Assembly: GCF_009914755.1 (NCBI RefSeq)
Contig: NC_060942.1
DNA length: 64,000 bases
Direction: 5' to 3' (one strand)
From: the human T2T-CHM13v2.0 reference genome, Homo sapiens
Below the pieces are notes generated by a model. That model had not been told where the DNA came from. It searched no databases and saw only the letters and a list, made by a program, of their open reading frames with translations. Numbering within the stretch: the stretch's first letter is position 1; each line of letters begins with the position of its first letter. The translations under genes were made by a program, and so were the position numbers. Shown here one piece after another: positions 39,640 through 52,350 of the stretch.

Positions 39640-39790
39640 TAAAATCTGAAGATCTCATAGATAGATCATTTAGTGGAAGCCATTCATTTTACTCATGAGA
39701 AAATTGGGCCCCAGAGAAGGAAGGTGGCTCCCTAAGGCCACACTGAGGTTAATTACAGAAATGGAAATGTCCCTCTGACCATCTTTTCTT
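39640..39790 (-). mobile_element. MIR
   Basis: GATCATTTAGT...CATTTTACTCATGAGAAAATTGGGCCCCAGAGAAGG...AAGGCCACAC. Confidence 0.75.
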
Positions 39791-40904
39791 TCTGGAACAA
39801 TGAAATCCTTCCACCTAAGTGAAGGTGGACTTAACTTGGCTTTTTCTTGGGTTCTTTATAACTCCTTGAGGTATAGGAAGATACCCAGGAATCAAACTTA
39901 TACCCCAGGGTGGAAAGAAAAACCAAAGTGGCTGAATCTAAAATAGCACTTCCCCTTTATGAGGAAAGTCATCATTTTTCCGGCAACAGGGGCTTTCCAC
40001 AATGGTATCTCTGGGTTATAAGGAAACCTCTACTCTTCTCTGATGCTGTGTTTTTAATTTGTGGGGAGCTGGAAACCTCACACTGAGACTGAACTTAACA
40101 TATTGCCCTAGGAATGGAGGTCACTTACGTGTAGCTCAGCTGTTTTCCTAAGCATTCAAAAGACCAAAATAACTCTCGCTTATCTCCTATCTTGGAGCCT
40201 GAGACCTGAACAAACATTATGTAGAGGTAAGTGTAACTTGCCCAAGGTCAGCCCCATACTTAGCCTGAAGTCAACTCATCCACATTTCATGCACTTGCCT
40301 CCACTGATAGGCAGTGCTAGGCCTCTGCTGGATTTTTTCCATCCTTTGGTTCCTCAGTGAATCAATCAATTATTTGCTTGTGTTTATTGGACTTCAGCTG
40401 TATATTAATTAGCCATTGTGGTGGGCACTGTGGACGAGATCTGGCCTACAAGAAACTTTTATGTGTTGGAGAAGTAAAATCAAAGCTTGAGGATTTTTAT
40501 GAACAGAATTATGACTGTCATTAACATCTTATATTTGTGTAGACATTTAAAATGGCTGTGTGTTCCCCATAATAGCTTTAATAGACAGGTGAGAACCTTT
40601 GTGTAAGAGTGGACAGGGCCTTTCCATAGGTTGTTCTCTCTGCTTGGGATTTTTCCTGTTCCCTCCACTAGCCTCCTATGCATGCCCCACCTAAACTTGG
40701 CCTTGTTCTGAAGTCAGATCAAGTATAGGTTTTTTTCCGAGAAGCCTTGCCTATTAGATCCTGCAGCCACCCCAGATCACAGAAATGCAGGCATGCGTAG
40801 AAACACATTCCTTACCTCCTAAAACTCATCTCCTAAAACTGCACTCTTGCGCATGTGTGTGCTTATTGAAATGATGTCTCTCTACCTCCAGGTTGTGAGC
40901 TGGG

Positions 40905-41300
40905 TGTAGGGAAACCACAAAGATTGCTGCAGCATCACAGGGATAGTAATATCGCAGATGAACCATGATCACACTAGGCTTGAAGAAGGAGGATCAGTTT
41001 CAGAATGTGTAGGTTTGCTGGGGATGCGGAGCTAAAAAGAGGGCACAAGCAAGCTCTGTTGGAGGTATACTTGATAGGAGCTGTGGCCTTTGGTTAAGGA
41101 CACAGCTAGCCTGGGGTGACCCAGCATGGAGGAAGCTGGGAAAACAATACTTCTGACCTCACTCACCTCCCTTTTGTGATCTCCTGCTGGTGCCCCTTCT
41201 TGGCTAAAACCAAAGGGTAAAGGAACCTGAATGTGTAGGTATAGAAATCAGCATCACTGGCTAGATAGCAGACCAAGAGGCAAGGGCAAGATGTCCTGCC
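40905..41300. mobile_element. Old ERVL-class LTR fragment (LTR33/LTR41-like)
   Basis: CTGACCTCACTCACCTCCC...GATCTCCTGCTGGTGCCCC..TTGGCTAAAACC resembles old ERVL LTRs; subfamily uncertain. Confidence 0.55.
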
Positions 41301-42171
41301 CAGTGTGGAAGCTACCCCAGTCTTTGTTCCTTTCATCTCCTTTTCAGGTCAGTACCTTGGAAACTGTGGACAGCTGTTCATGACTGACAAATCATTCCCT
41401 ACCAGAGTTAATATTTACTCCCCTTTGGCTACTGGGACCTTAGGAACCAGGTGTGTGATGGGCAGGGAAATTGTCAAAACTCAGGCTGGTGGTTGTCAGT
41501 GGTTTCTCTGGCCTGAGGGAAGTGGATTTTTATTTTATGCTAGGAGACCTCAAGGCTAATTATTCACCAAGTTGTGGTGGCTACCGTCTTAGCCCAACAT
41601 AAATTTTAAAAATGCCTGCTTTGGATGTCATTTCCTTTTGATGTTTGGGGTAAGTGATGCTTCTGCTTTCACTTTCTTTTGGGGGCTGGGAGTCCTTTAG
41701 AAGCAGCAATGAAAAAAGCAGGGATTTATATTGGGATTCTGTTTATAATTCTTGAAGGATATCTATCCCCATTCTCAGATTTGATCTTCACACCAACCCT
41801 GGTGGCCTTCCGAGCACGGATCCGACAATCAAAATGTAAATAAACAGTTTCAAAATGGCAAGAACTTTGAAGAAAACCTGTGGTGCTGGGAAGGGCAGGA
41901 AGCTTTCCTGATGCATCTGTGCAGAGGGGTGAGCAGGAGTGAGCCAGTGAATGGAGAAGGGAAGAGCAGCCCAGCAATGAGGACGTTTTTCCAAAAGACC
42001 CCAAGAGGGAGTAGTTATGGCTGAGGAAATTTTGAGGAACTGGAAGATCCATGTAGGTCCAATGAACTGATGAGAAACAGTGGGAAATGAGACTGGAGTG
42101 AGTACCTGCCCCATCCTTGTTGACCGGGAGAGAAAATTACTGTCCCTAGCTTAAAAGCAGTGGGTGCCATT

Positions 42172-42648
42172 AAAAGACACATGCACACGTATGTTTATTG
42201 CGGCACTATTCGCCAATAGCAAAGGCTTGGAACCAACCCAAATGTCCATCAATGATAGACTGGATAAAGAAAATGTGGCACATATACACCATGGAATACT
42301 ATGCAGCCATAAAAAAGGATGAGTTCACGTCCTTTGTAGGGACATGGATGAAGCTGCAAACCATCATTCTCAGCAAACTACCATAAGGACAAAAAACCAA
42401 ACACTGCATGTTCTCACTCATAGGTGGGAATTGAACAATGAGAACACTTGGACATAGGAAGGGGAATATCACACACCGGGGCCTGTCGTGGGGTAGGAGG
42501 AGCGGGGAGGGATAGCATTAGGAGATATACCTAATGTAAATGACGAGTTAATGGGTGCAGCACACCAACATGGCACATGTATACATATGTAACAAACCTG
42601 CACATTGTGCACATGTACCCTAGAAATTAAAGTATTTAAAAAAAAAAG
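42172..42648 (+). mobile_element. 5'-truncated L1PA (L1PA4/5-like) 3' end inserted in an L2
   Basis: Encodes the ORF2p C-terminal remnant KKMWHIYTMEYYAAIKKDEF; canonical 3' UTR (G-rich tract, AATGGGTGCAGCACACCAACATGGCACATG) and A tail. Confidence 0.97.
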
Positions 42649-43829
42649 GTTAAGTAGGGGCAGGACAAGATCAGATTTGTTTGTAAAGAGATCCTTCTGG
42701 AAGTTCTAGGCAGCTACTCTTGTAGCTTGAGTGAGGGTTGAGGATGGGGCATTAGACAGAGAATGAGACAGGTTTGGGATCTGTTTCGAGGTAGAAGAAA
42801 GGAACTTCTTGACAGGGACATGACTGCCTTTGGAAAGTCATCCAGTTGAAGTGTGACATGAGTACTGTCACTACACAGCCATACTCAGCAGTAGAAGCCT
42901 TGACTTTGTTACCAATGAGGAGTATGTGTGTGCATGTGCACAGGTTTGCATATGTGTGTGGATTTGTGTGTGTGTTTCTCAACATTGGGACCATTCATGG
43001 TTGAATGACTTTTGAAGGTTGAGATGAATTTTATTTTTTTAATTTGAAAACAAATATTACACTTGTTTATTGAGCTTGCCATATAAAAAGAATGAGGTGT
43101 GCGAAAGGGAGTAATTTAACAAAGACTTTTTTTTTTTTTTTGTAATTTCTTGGTCTTTGATTTAGTTTACCCAGAATCCAAAAGGAGCACTTCCTACGTT
43201 GTGGTAGTTAAATTGTTCCTTTTCCAAGCAGACATGCCTATAAAGTCATTAATGTATTTATGGGGAACCATCTGGCCACTGGAAATGATCCATTTCATAC
43301 CCTAATGAGAATGTTCTTCTCAGCCCTTCAGTCCAGCCCAGGTTAAAGGAATTAGACAGCCTGTAGGTGAACTCTGGCTACAGTAAATTTCTCACCCCAC
43401 CTGGCACTTGCCTCCTTTCTTGCTCTCCTCTGCCAGGCAGAAATAATTGGCATACACCGTCCTCCAGGGAATCTCCTTTTCAAGGTTCAGATCAGAGCTG
43501 GTGCTTCCATCATTTTTTTTGCATCAATGTCACTGGCCCTGAATCTTTTTCTGAAACAGAGACAGTCATTCTTCTGAGGATCCAAATATTTTCTATGATA
43601 GTTTCTGCTCACCTTTCCTAGTCTGGTTTCATGGAAGAAAGATTCATAGATAAGTAGGTTGATTCTTGGAAAGAACCTTTGTGCAGATGGCTTTTGTTCC
43701 AGGAATCAATTATGAAGACCCACTGATACTTGTCAAGGCACAGGATTGGGGACTTTAGCTTTGCGAAAGTGTCTGACTATATACAACCAAAGAATAAGCG
43801 ACAACTTTGCTTATTTGATCTCATTCAAC

Positions 43830-44120
43830 TGGAATGCTCTCTTTCCTTGTCAGTACCCCATTCATTCTTCAAGAAAGGAGTGTCTTCCTCTGAAAAATAT
43901 TCCTAGACTTCTTAGATTCCAGCTGTATCTTCCTTCCTCAGCATTCATCTTGAGCCCATGTATCTATTCCTTGTCCCACCCATGTGATTGCTTTATGCAC
44001 ACATCATAACTGAATCTGCTTGAGAGAGAAGGGAATGCCTATGTGTGGTTTGTCTCACAAAATCTAATAAGATGCCATATCCAGAACGATGACTCATAGT
44101 TACTTAATGAATTATTCAGG
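43830..44120 (+). mobile_element. Degraded L2 fragment
   Basis: TGGAATGCTCTCTTTCC...TCTTCCTCTGAAAA...; tail-like end TACTTAATGAA. Confidence 0.5.
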
Positions 44121-46761
44121 TCAAGCATGGCTTTCTCAACTATTCCTAGACTTTTCACTTCTCCTTAGTAATAGCAGGTCTTCATTTCTGGCCATGGGGT
44201 ATGCACGTCGGTAACCTGCCAGTCCTCCAAGAACCAAGCTTTTTGTTTGTTTTTTGTTTTTGTTTTGTTTTCAGTAGGAATCAGCTATGTTCCCCTGGCA
44301 TCAGAGGAAACCTGTAGGTATTTCTGTGGGTCATTTGGGCCTGGGTGTCCTTGAGTAGACGTTGAAAAGTATTCTTCCAAAGCACAGAGCCCCATGCGGA
44401 GTTAAAGCAAAGATCAGAAAACCAGAGAAGGTCTCGGGAGAGAACACACCATATAAGGTAAGGGCCAATATTTGCTTGCAGGGATTGGGGGAAGGGACAT
44501 CCTTAGGAACCGAGAGTAATGACTTTGGTCTTCTGAAAGTGCTGTTCTGTTATATAGCAGGCCATTAAACTATGTTAACAGTCATATCAGTTATGTTCAA
44601 AATGCTGCTCCTTTGTATATAAACACAGTGGAGTTCTGTAGCTGTGAAGGCCCAGGCCCTTGGCACGGCTGTTCCAGGGTAGGTAGTAAAACGTTTCTTC
44701 AGGACTCTGCAGCAGCTGCCCTAATGGAACACTATTGACTTGAGTTACATCGGAGCTAAATATAGCTGGTGCAGTCATGTCCACAGGATTGCATCTGATA
44801 GCCAGGACAGAATGTGCTTCTTAGAGACATGCACTTCTTAGACTGAGTCTCCCAGAAGCTGCTTCGAGACTCCTGCCCTTTCCCTTTCCTCCATTATTTT
44901 CTCTCTTGATTACTCTTTCTTTTCACTTTTCCTCTTCCAGCTTTCCTGTTCTTCCCCTCTCCATACTTTAGGTCTCACTTCCTCAATAGTGAAAACAAGG
45001 AGTTGGGCATCTTTAAACTACCATTCTTAAATTCTTACATTTATCTTTTCTCTCTGTATTCTTTTCTCTTCACCTCTTTTTCACTATTTTTCTCATTCTT
45101 TACATTTCTTAATTTTTCTCTATAACTCTTTCACTTTATCCACCTCTAAACAGGGTATATTCTTTAAAAGAAACTTTTTCCTATCTAGCTAAAATTTACT
45201 GTTTTCAGGAAGAAAACTCAGATTTAGACAATTGAATATTTTTTCATTAAGTAGTGATGTCTTCTCATGGTCTGTTGCAAAATGACAGAGAAGTATGAGG
45301 TAAACTAGCATATTATTGGAACTATTTTTTTTCTCCTTTTTCATCCCTCACTCTTTTGGCTAATTAGTTATCAGGACAAGGTAAGAGGTTGTGTCTGCAA
45401 TAAGTAAATTGTTTTTAGCCATCCATACCTTTTGGCAAACCAGTTGCCCAAATACACATGATTTTGAAAAAAGAGAGGCACTTGAAACAAAGAAAGGAAA
45501 CCAAGAGGTTATAAAATTGAACAAGTTAATCTCTTATGTCTTAAAGTGGAGGATATAGTGTGTGCATGGTTGTGCAAGTCTGTGAGTCAGTGTGTGACAT
45601 TTATTTCCATTCAGGTTATGAGGATGAAAGAGGAGAATATGTAGATGGGCTTAGGCCAGGCGATTTTGACCAAAATGTTATGTATTCCTCATCATGGAAT
45701 ATTCTAATTTGCTTCAAATCATGTGAACCTCATTTCAAGCAGCAGATATTTTCCTGAAGAGATATGAATTTTTGTAAACTGTAGAGTCCGTGGAGAGCCT
45801 GGAGAACATTCTGGCAGAATATGACAGGTAGAATAGGGTAAGAGAGCTGTTCGAAAGTAATCCTGTGGCTAACTTATTTTGCAAGATTTGGTTTTGGGAT
45901 CTGGGTTTTCCCCTCCCTTTTAATGGGTACCTTAAAAAGAATGAATGCTTTTACTAAAGGATCCCAAAGTATTTTCATAATTCTCATGGTCTATGAGAGA
46001 ACATGCAGTTCTATCCACTATGAGGAAGGCAAAAGCCCATAAATATGGTTCAACTTGCCCCAAGCACACAAACAGAGAACTTGAGTATTATAAAGGGATT
46101 TGGGGACCATTAAATCCAGCCCTCTTCTTATTAGTAAAAAGAATGAGCTCAACGTGGGATGGTGATTTCTGATAGAGCTTGCATCGTTTCTTACACTCTC
46201 ATGGTTTTTTTCTCCGGATATGGGGGAACATCCTTAAGGGCCCTGTGCAAAGGCTTCCACTCCTCCAGGCCATGTCACCTATCAGTCTGTGTGACATGTG
46301 TTTCACAGAACACACAGTGAGACATAAACGATGATGGGAAATTCCTCTGTAAGCCTTAGACACAAGGCTGCTGCAGGATCCTGGCCTCCCCTGGAATAAG
46401 CACTGTGTGTGCTTCAACTCCTGGACTCAAGCTTCTCCCAAGATCTCAGGCTGTTTGCAGTCCCTACACTTTGTCCATACAACTAAAGTCTAAGGAGAGC
46501 TGATAGAGGAAGTTTTCTCTCTCTAGGGATTTAAATTAGGGATTTAAATGTATCAGAAGACTTTAAAGATGAGAAACCGTTTAAGACTCCAAGTAATTAA
46601 ATAATAAAATAATAAAAGTATTCCTAGCATGTTGAAAGGTGACATTGGGAACCTGCTTATTTGCTGCTCAGCCATATGTCTGAGGGATTAACTTATTCTG
46701 TGTGTCTAGCAGCTGCCAGACACCCATGGGGATGGCTGTGGGTCCATGTGTATGCACATGT

Positions 46762-46763
<2 letters not shown>

Positions 46764-46796
<33 letters not shown>

Positions 46797-46800
46797 TGTT
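46764..46800. repeat. (TG)n microsatellite
   Basis: About 14 TG units. Confidence 0.95.
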
Positions 46801-47979
46801 TGTACGTGTACTTCTCTTCCTTCACCGTCTCAAAACCTACCAGTTATTCAATTCTATGCTCAAATCTCAACCCCTTCACAAAGCAATTTTGGACTTCTCC
46901 AAAGGTGTTTTTACCCTGGACATCTCCTTTTTAACTTTGATTATGTTCTGTTGTCCTGGTAACTTCATATGAATTTCCATGGTCTGTTAAACTGTTCTTT
47001 CTTTATTTCAGGCATTTGCTTTTTCTTCTGATCTAGATCGTTATTTCCTTGATGGCAGAGACTGTCATCTTTTTCTTGATTTCGCCATAGCCTGACCATG
47101 GCCTTGAGCTCAGCGCTGAGCTTGTAGGGCTAGAGCACCTTTGGTTTGGGCATCCAAAGAGAGCTTGGCTGGCACAACTCATTTTTTCAGCAAAGGAAGT
47201 AACACTTCACTCAGTTAAGGTTAATCAGATAAGGCAGTGGTAGGGCTAGGGGGAGCACTAGTTCATCCAGCCTCATTGTTCTATGCTAAATTATAGGTGT
47301 CTGAACTAAATTTCAGGGGAGAAGTCTGGTAGATCCTCCATGCTTGGCAGGAAAGTGTGCTGGAGGGTCTAGAAGTCATGCCCCAGACCTTCTTTTCCTC
47401 TTTGCCTCTGTCACACACTTCTTGATATTTCTGTTATCCTGAAGTACCATGTGTGCATACATGCACCTGCCTACCATTAAATGAAGGAAATGCCACTTTA
47501 GGAAGCTGAGAATAAATAGAAAAATGTGGAAGAAAAGTTAATCTACCTAGGAGAAAGTAGAAAAAGAGATCTTTGTTTATTTTTAAAAAATCTGTTTTCC
47601 CTTATGGATAACTTTCAAACTCTGTTTTTGGCTTTTCTTAAAGCCTGTGAATCTGTCTTCTGCCACTGGCATATTTTAGCAGGAGTGGTCACAAGACCTT
47701 GTCCCCTGCTAATGCATCATGTTTGATTCTTCTGTGTAATATTTTCTCCTTTTCATATCTTTCAGGAAAGGTTCATTCTAAGTTTCTCTCTCTGTCTCGC
47801 TGTATGTGTGTGTCTTTCTGCTATCACAAAGATATCTATATATTTATGTACCAGTTTGTTTTGATTTTCTCACTTATGTGACTACTAGTAACACTTAAAC
47901 TCTTAACATGCTGAAAACTAGCCTACGTTTTCTGACTGAACTTTGTTTTTCCGTAGTAGACTTTGGCTCATAATGAGCT

Positions 47980-47981
<2 letters not shown>

Positions 47982-48027
<46 letters not shown>
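47982..48027. repeat. Pure poly(T), 46 nt
   Basis: Uninterrupted T run. Confidence 0.97.
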
Positions 48028-48028
<1 letters not shown>

Positions 48029-48041
48029 GCAATGGTGCTTT

Positions 48042-48198
48042 TTCTTTAAGAGATAGGGTCTTGTTACATTGCCCAGGCTGGAGTGCAGTGGCTACTCACA
48101 GGTGTGATCATACCTTATTTAATTCCTGGACTCAAGCAATCCTCCAACCTCGGCCTTTTAAATAGCTGGAACTACAGGCATGTGCCATTGCATCTGGC
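48042..48198 (-). mobile_element. FAM-like fossil Alu monomer with 16-bp TSD
   Basis: Retains the 7SL-like GTGGCTACTCACAGGTGTGATCAT segment. TSD TTGGCAATGGTGCTTT (48026-48041) / TTGGTAATGGTGCTTT (48199-48214). Confidence 0.85.
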
Positions 48199-49189
48199 TT
48201 GGTAATGGTGCTTTAACATAGTGTCCTTATGTTTAGGACTCAGTTTCCCTCCTGCGTGCCACCTAGCCATTGCTTTCTCATCTTTTAATGTCTAACTTTA
48301 CATGTAGATTTACCCAGCCTGAACCAGCAGCTTCCATTTCAGGATTCCATTATTGTTCTCAGTAAGCCCCAGAGAGCTAATATAGAACTGGGTTCAAAAC
48401 TGCATTGAGTGTGTTAATCTTCACCCCCTAACTACACTGTAAGCTCTGGAAGGTAACAGTGGGAATCTTATATTTTTTTCTGTGGCAATCATTTTGCATA
48501 GCACAAACTTGGCAATATAATGTGAGCTCAGACTGAGGCTCAGAACACAGGGAACAGTATACATTAAAACCACATTTTATAGATTGTACATATAGTTTAT
48601 TTCTTGGTTGTATATTTGCACTGTAGATCTAAAGTTTACGGCCACTGATTTCATTTTTCCATCTTAAGAGTCTTTTTTTTTTCATCTTCTGCTAAAGTAT
48701 TAGTAAGTACTCTATCAGTAAGCATTTTACATTTATTTTACTCAATTCAGAATCACAAAACTTTTTCTATCCTATTTTAAATTATCCATGTGCCATTGTA
48801 GAGACATTTCCATTCATATTTGGTGCTGGATTTTTTGTTTGTTTGTTTGTTTGTTTTTCTTTGAGATGTTTCTGGCCGAGAGTACTTAGCAGTTTCACTT
48901 TGATTCTGAGAGCCAACAGAAACTCCCAAATGGAAATGATATAGAATTCCCTGGGCCAGTCAACATCTTACCAATTTGGATTTATTTGCTGAAGTCCATT
49001 TATGCCTCCTTGATTAATTTTTCAATTATTCCTGTTGTAAGGGAACTAGTAGGATCTTCATTTCTAGAAAGATTTATATTGCTAATTTAGGGTGTCCTGC
49101 ACAGTGCTATTGCTGGAACCCAACATCTTTTCCAGCCTCAGAGGAGACCAAAGTGGACAGTGTTCCAGTTAGGGGGGAAAATGGAATTC

Positions 49190-49430
49190 ACAAGGGCATG
49201 GTGGTATAGATGATGGCAGCTTCAGGGTGGGGGAAGTGACAAGCTGGACATGTGGGCTGGGTCCTGAGGCTGCACAGCCAGAAGGAGCAAACCAAGGAAT
49301 TTGGACTTTACCCTCAGGGTCAACAAAGCCATCAGAACCTACGAATAGGCAGTGGAATCTTCATATCTGGCTCTTAGAAAGGTTTTCTGGTGACAGAATG
49401 GAAACTAGATTGGAGGTGAAAGATATCAAA
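49190..49430 (-). mobile_element. L2 fragment
   Basis: AAGGAATTTGGACTTTACCCT...TTAGAAAGGTTTTCTGG...AGATTGGAG. Confidence 0.7.
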
Positions 49431-50103
49431 ACCCCACCAGCACTCTGGAGGCTCCTGTCGTTCCAGTACCTTCCTATTTGTGCTTTAAGCCAAGAGGCAG
49501 TAACAGCTTTTCTGTTAATAACTTCCTGTGCTTCCCTTTCATCTATCCACACGATTGTAAATTAGTTTTCCTTAACAATCATGATTTGGATGTGCCATCT
49601 CTTTCCTGTTAAGACCCTGACTGATCTACCCTCCTTCACATGTCTTTATAAATCTTTGTTTCTTTGTTTGCCTCTCCACTAGCCCCTGAGCATCCACAGC
49701 AGAACCCATCTATGTGTGGTTCATTTTCAAGTCTTCACTAGTTCAACTGACATTTACCATTTACCAATTAAGCTTCATTTGAAGCCATCATTTCAGAGTT
49801 GGGAAAGGTCAGAGCCAACGAGAGTAGCTCAGGAAGTCTTCAGGGGGAGACCTGAGGTGGGCTGAGAAGCCTCTGCTGGGTGGGATGTATAGAGTGAAAG
49901 GAGAGTAATTGTAAGAACACAGCACATGCGTCGACAGAAAAGCGGTCAGGACCCTCATTGGGGCCACTGAGGAGATCAGCTTTTCTGGAACACATGGTGA
50001 GCTGCAGGAGGAACCAGCAGGAAGTGCATTTGAGAAACCGAATTTCCCTTCCAGAGCTTGTTTCCCCCTCTAATTACATTTGATCCAGGCTAACATGATT
50101 CTT

Positions 50104-50699
50104 GCTGACCCTAAGCATTTGCTGTAGTAGGGCTGGGGAAGAGATTTCAGAAATTGATCAAGGAAGACTTACAAAACAAACAAACAAAAATACCATTAAC
50201 CAGCTACTTATGAGTAACTGGGAGTTGCTACAAATCCTTGCTTTCCCTCATCCTAATCACCAATTGGATACAAATCTCACGCAAAGCAGGATTAGGTTCC
50301 CGCAGCAGTATATAACCAATGGTGCAGATTCCTTCTGTGTTTTAATCATTGGCAGCAGAATCCTGAAAGGTAATTCTTGGCCTGGGTGCCTTTTCTTTTC
50401 CCAGTGAGAATAGTGCCTTTTTCTATTCAACTACTGGAAGGTTCGTGTGTGGTCAACAGAGAAAACAGAGCAGAAGTTCTGGAAACTTGATTTTTTGAAA
50501 GAGGAATATGTGAGAAATAGTTGGATGAATCTTTCAAACCACAGCTTGATCCTAGAAACATGAGGTTTCCCTTCACTCTCCTATAAAGGCAAATCCAGCA
50601 AAGATGAAAGTTTAAAAAAATTAATTACATGAATAAGCTGACCCCAAGCATTCTCTGTAGTAGGACTGGGAAGAGACTTCAGAAACTGACCAAGGAAGA
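50104..50699 (+). repeat. Dispersed ~64-bp direct duplication (50104-50167 and 50637-50699)
   Basis: GCTGACCCTAAGCATTTGCTGTAGTAGGGCTGGGGAAGAGATTTCAGAAATTGATCAAGGAAGA vs GCTGACCCCAAGCATTCTCTGTAGTAGGACTGGGAAGAGACTTCAGAAACTGACCAAGGAAGA; 56 of 64 positions identical. Confidence 0.92.
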
Positions 50700-52229
50700 A
50701 CCTATTTCAAAATGAAGAAAAAAAGAAATTCAAAACAAGAAATTACTCTCATTTCCCCAGTCTGGACATACATGTCTCAGAGAAGAGTAATGTGTACATT
50801 TGATTCCTGACCTTAGGATTTAAAAGGAAAATTCATCTGAAATCCTGAAATAATCCTTGGAACTGTGAGGGGAAGGGATATATGGGGAACCAGGCCATAA
50901 AAATCAAGTTGAAAAGTTACCCATGGCCTTTAGTATTTTTCTGGATCCAGGGAAGAGGCTCTGTCAAGCAATTTGTCCCTAATGCAATCTCAGTACAGAT
51001 GATGTTGTTCTTTTAATAAGAGCTCTGGTCTCATTGGCCACAGCTCATTACCTTAGGGTTGGGGAAGGAGGTGAGGGGTGAAAGGAGCAGAGAAAACTCA
51101 AACCCAAGTGTTAGGAAGCCTGATTCATGGGAGATCCATCCAAATTATATATGAGAAGCTCTGAAGCCTGTGGGTCAGTGGACAATAAGAGGTTAGGAAG
51201 ATTAGGAGGTTGAAACACTCAGAATAACCCTTTTTAGGAAAGAATCTAATGCAGAAAGCAAGGGTCCCTACACCCCATTAGAATAGCTAGTGTTGAGACC
51301 ACCACGTTCTCCAGGCTTATCCCATCTGCCCTGCAAAAGGCAAATTGTCCTTAGGGCCTCCCTGCAAGAACTATTTTCTCCCTCATTTTTACAGGTCCTT
51401 GTGGATTTAATGGATTTTATCACTGCATTTATTAGAAAGTAAAGCAGTGGGGAGCTCTTATCCTGGGTACCCTTTTCTTCATTTCTCAAAATATTCCTAC
51501 CTTTCCTCTCTTCCCAACATATTCAGTCTGCTTTATTCTCCCATATGGGGTCTCCAAAACAGGCAGCAAAGGACAAGGAAAAGAAAATCAAGATTTGAGA
51601 ATCGATAGTACTGGATCTGGGCCTCAATTCTACCTGGCGCAGGCCCTCCTTCCTGAACACCCATCTAACATTGGGAAAATTGAACTAGACAATGTATAAG
51701 GTGCCTCCTAAGCTCTAACATTATGTCATTTTTAAGGAACACAATGAAAAGTGCTCTAGAATCCCTTAATACAGATGGAGGGTTGGTAACTTTACAGTAT
51801 TGGCTGAAAGCAAAATGCCTCTTTCCTTTTTATGGTTTCCTGGTGTCCATTCACAGTCAGATTCAAGTAACATTTGAATAATGGAACCCCCAAACAGCAT
51901 AGGAGAATTCCATTCCCAAAGCTTTCCAAATGATCATTGCCACAGCTGAGTGAATAATGTTTGATTTAGGGTCTGGAGATCCTAATTGTAATATCTTTTG
52001 TTCCTTATCATGTCATGTCCACTTGGGTTTGGGAAGTAGTTTTCTAGAACTTGAGCACTTCAAAGCTTGCTGTAAATTTCCATGTAGATCACTGGGTTGA
52101 GGGAATGAGGAAAAGAGAAGTTGAAATGGAAGCCCACAGGCTCCAATTTTCTTGCTCAGAAATATTAAAAAAGAGATTTTTCTCAAGCCTGAAGGGACAC
52201 TGGATGTTGCCTCACCCAGAAATTGGCTT

Positions 52230-52350
52230 CAGGTGATTAATTCCTTTGAATGTCATGCAGAATTATATCCACATATGAACATATGCATTTTCTGGGGCGA
52301 ACCATGTAAATTTCAAAAGATTCTGAAGGGGGCTCATGACTCAGTAAAGA
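52230..52350. mobile_element. hAT-Charlie DNA transposon fragment
   Basis: GCATTTTCTGGGG...TTTCAAAAGATTCTGAAGGGGGCTCATGAC resembles a Charlie terminal region; followed by an antisense MIR fragment. Confidence 0.55.

Noticed and set aside
42198-42386. ORF resembling the L1 ORF2p C-terminus
   Set aside because: Part of a 5'-truncated L1PA with a premature stop; not a functional CDS.
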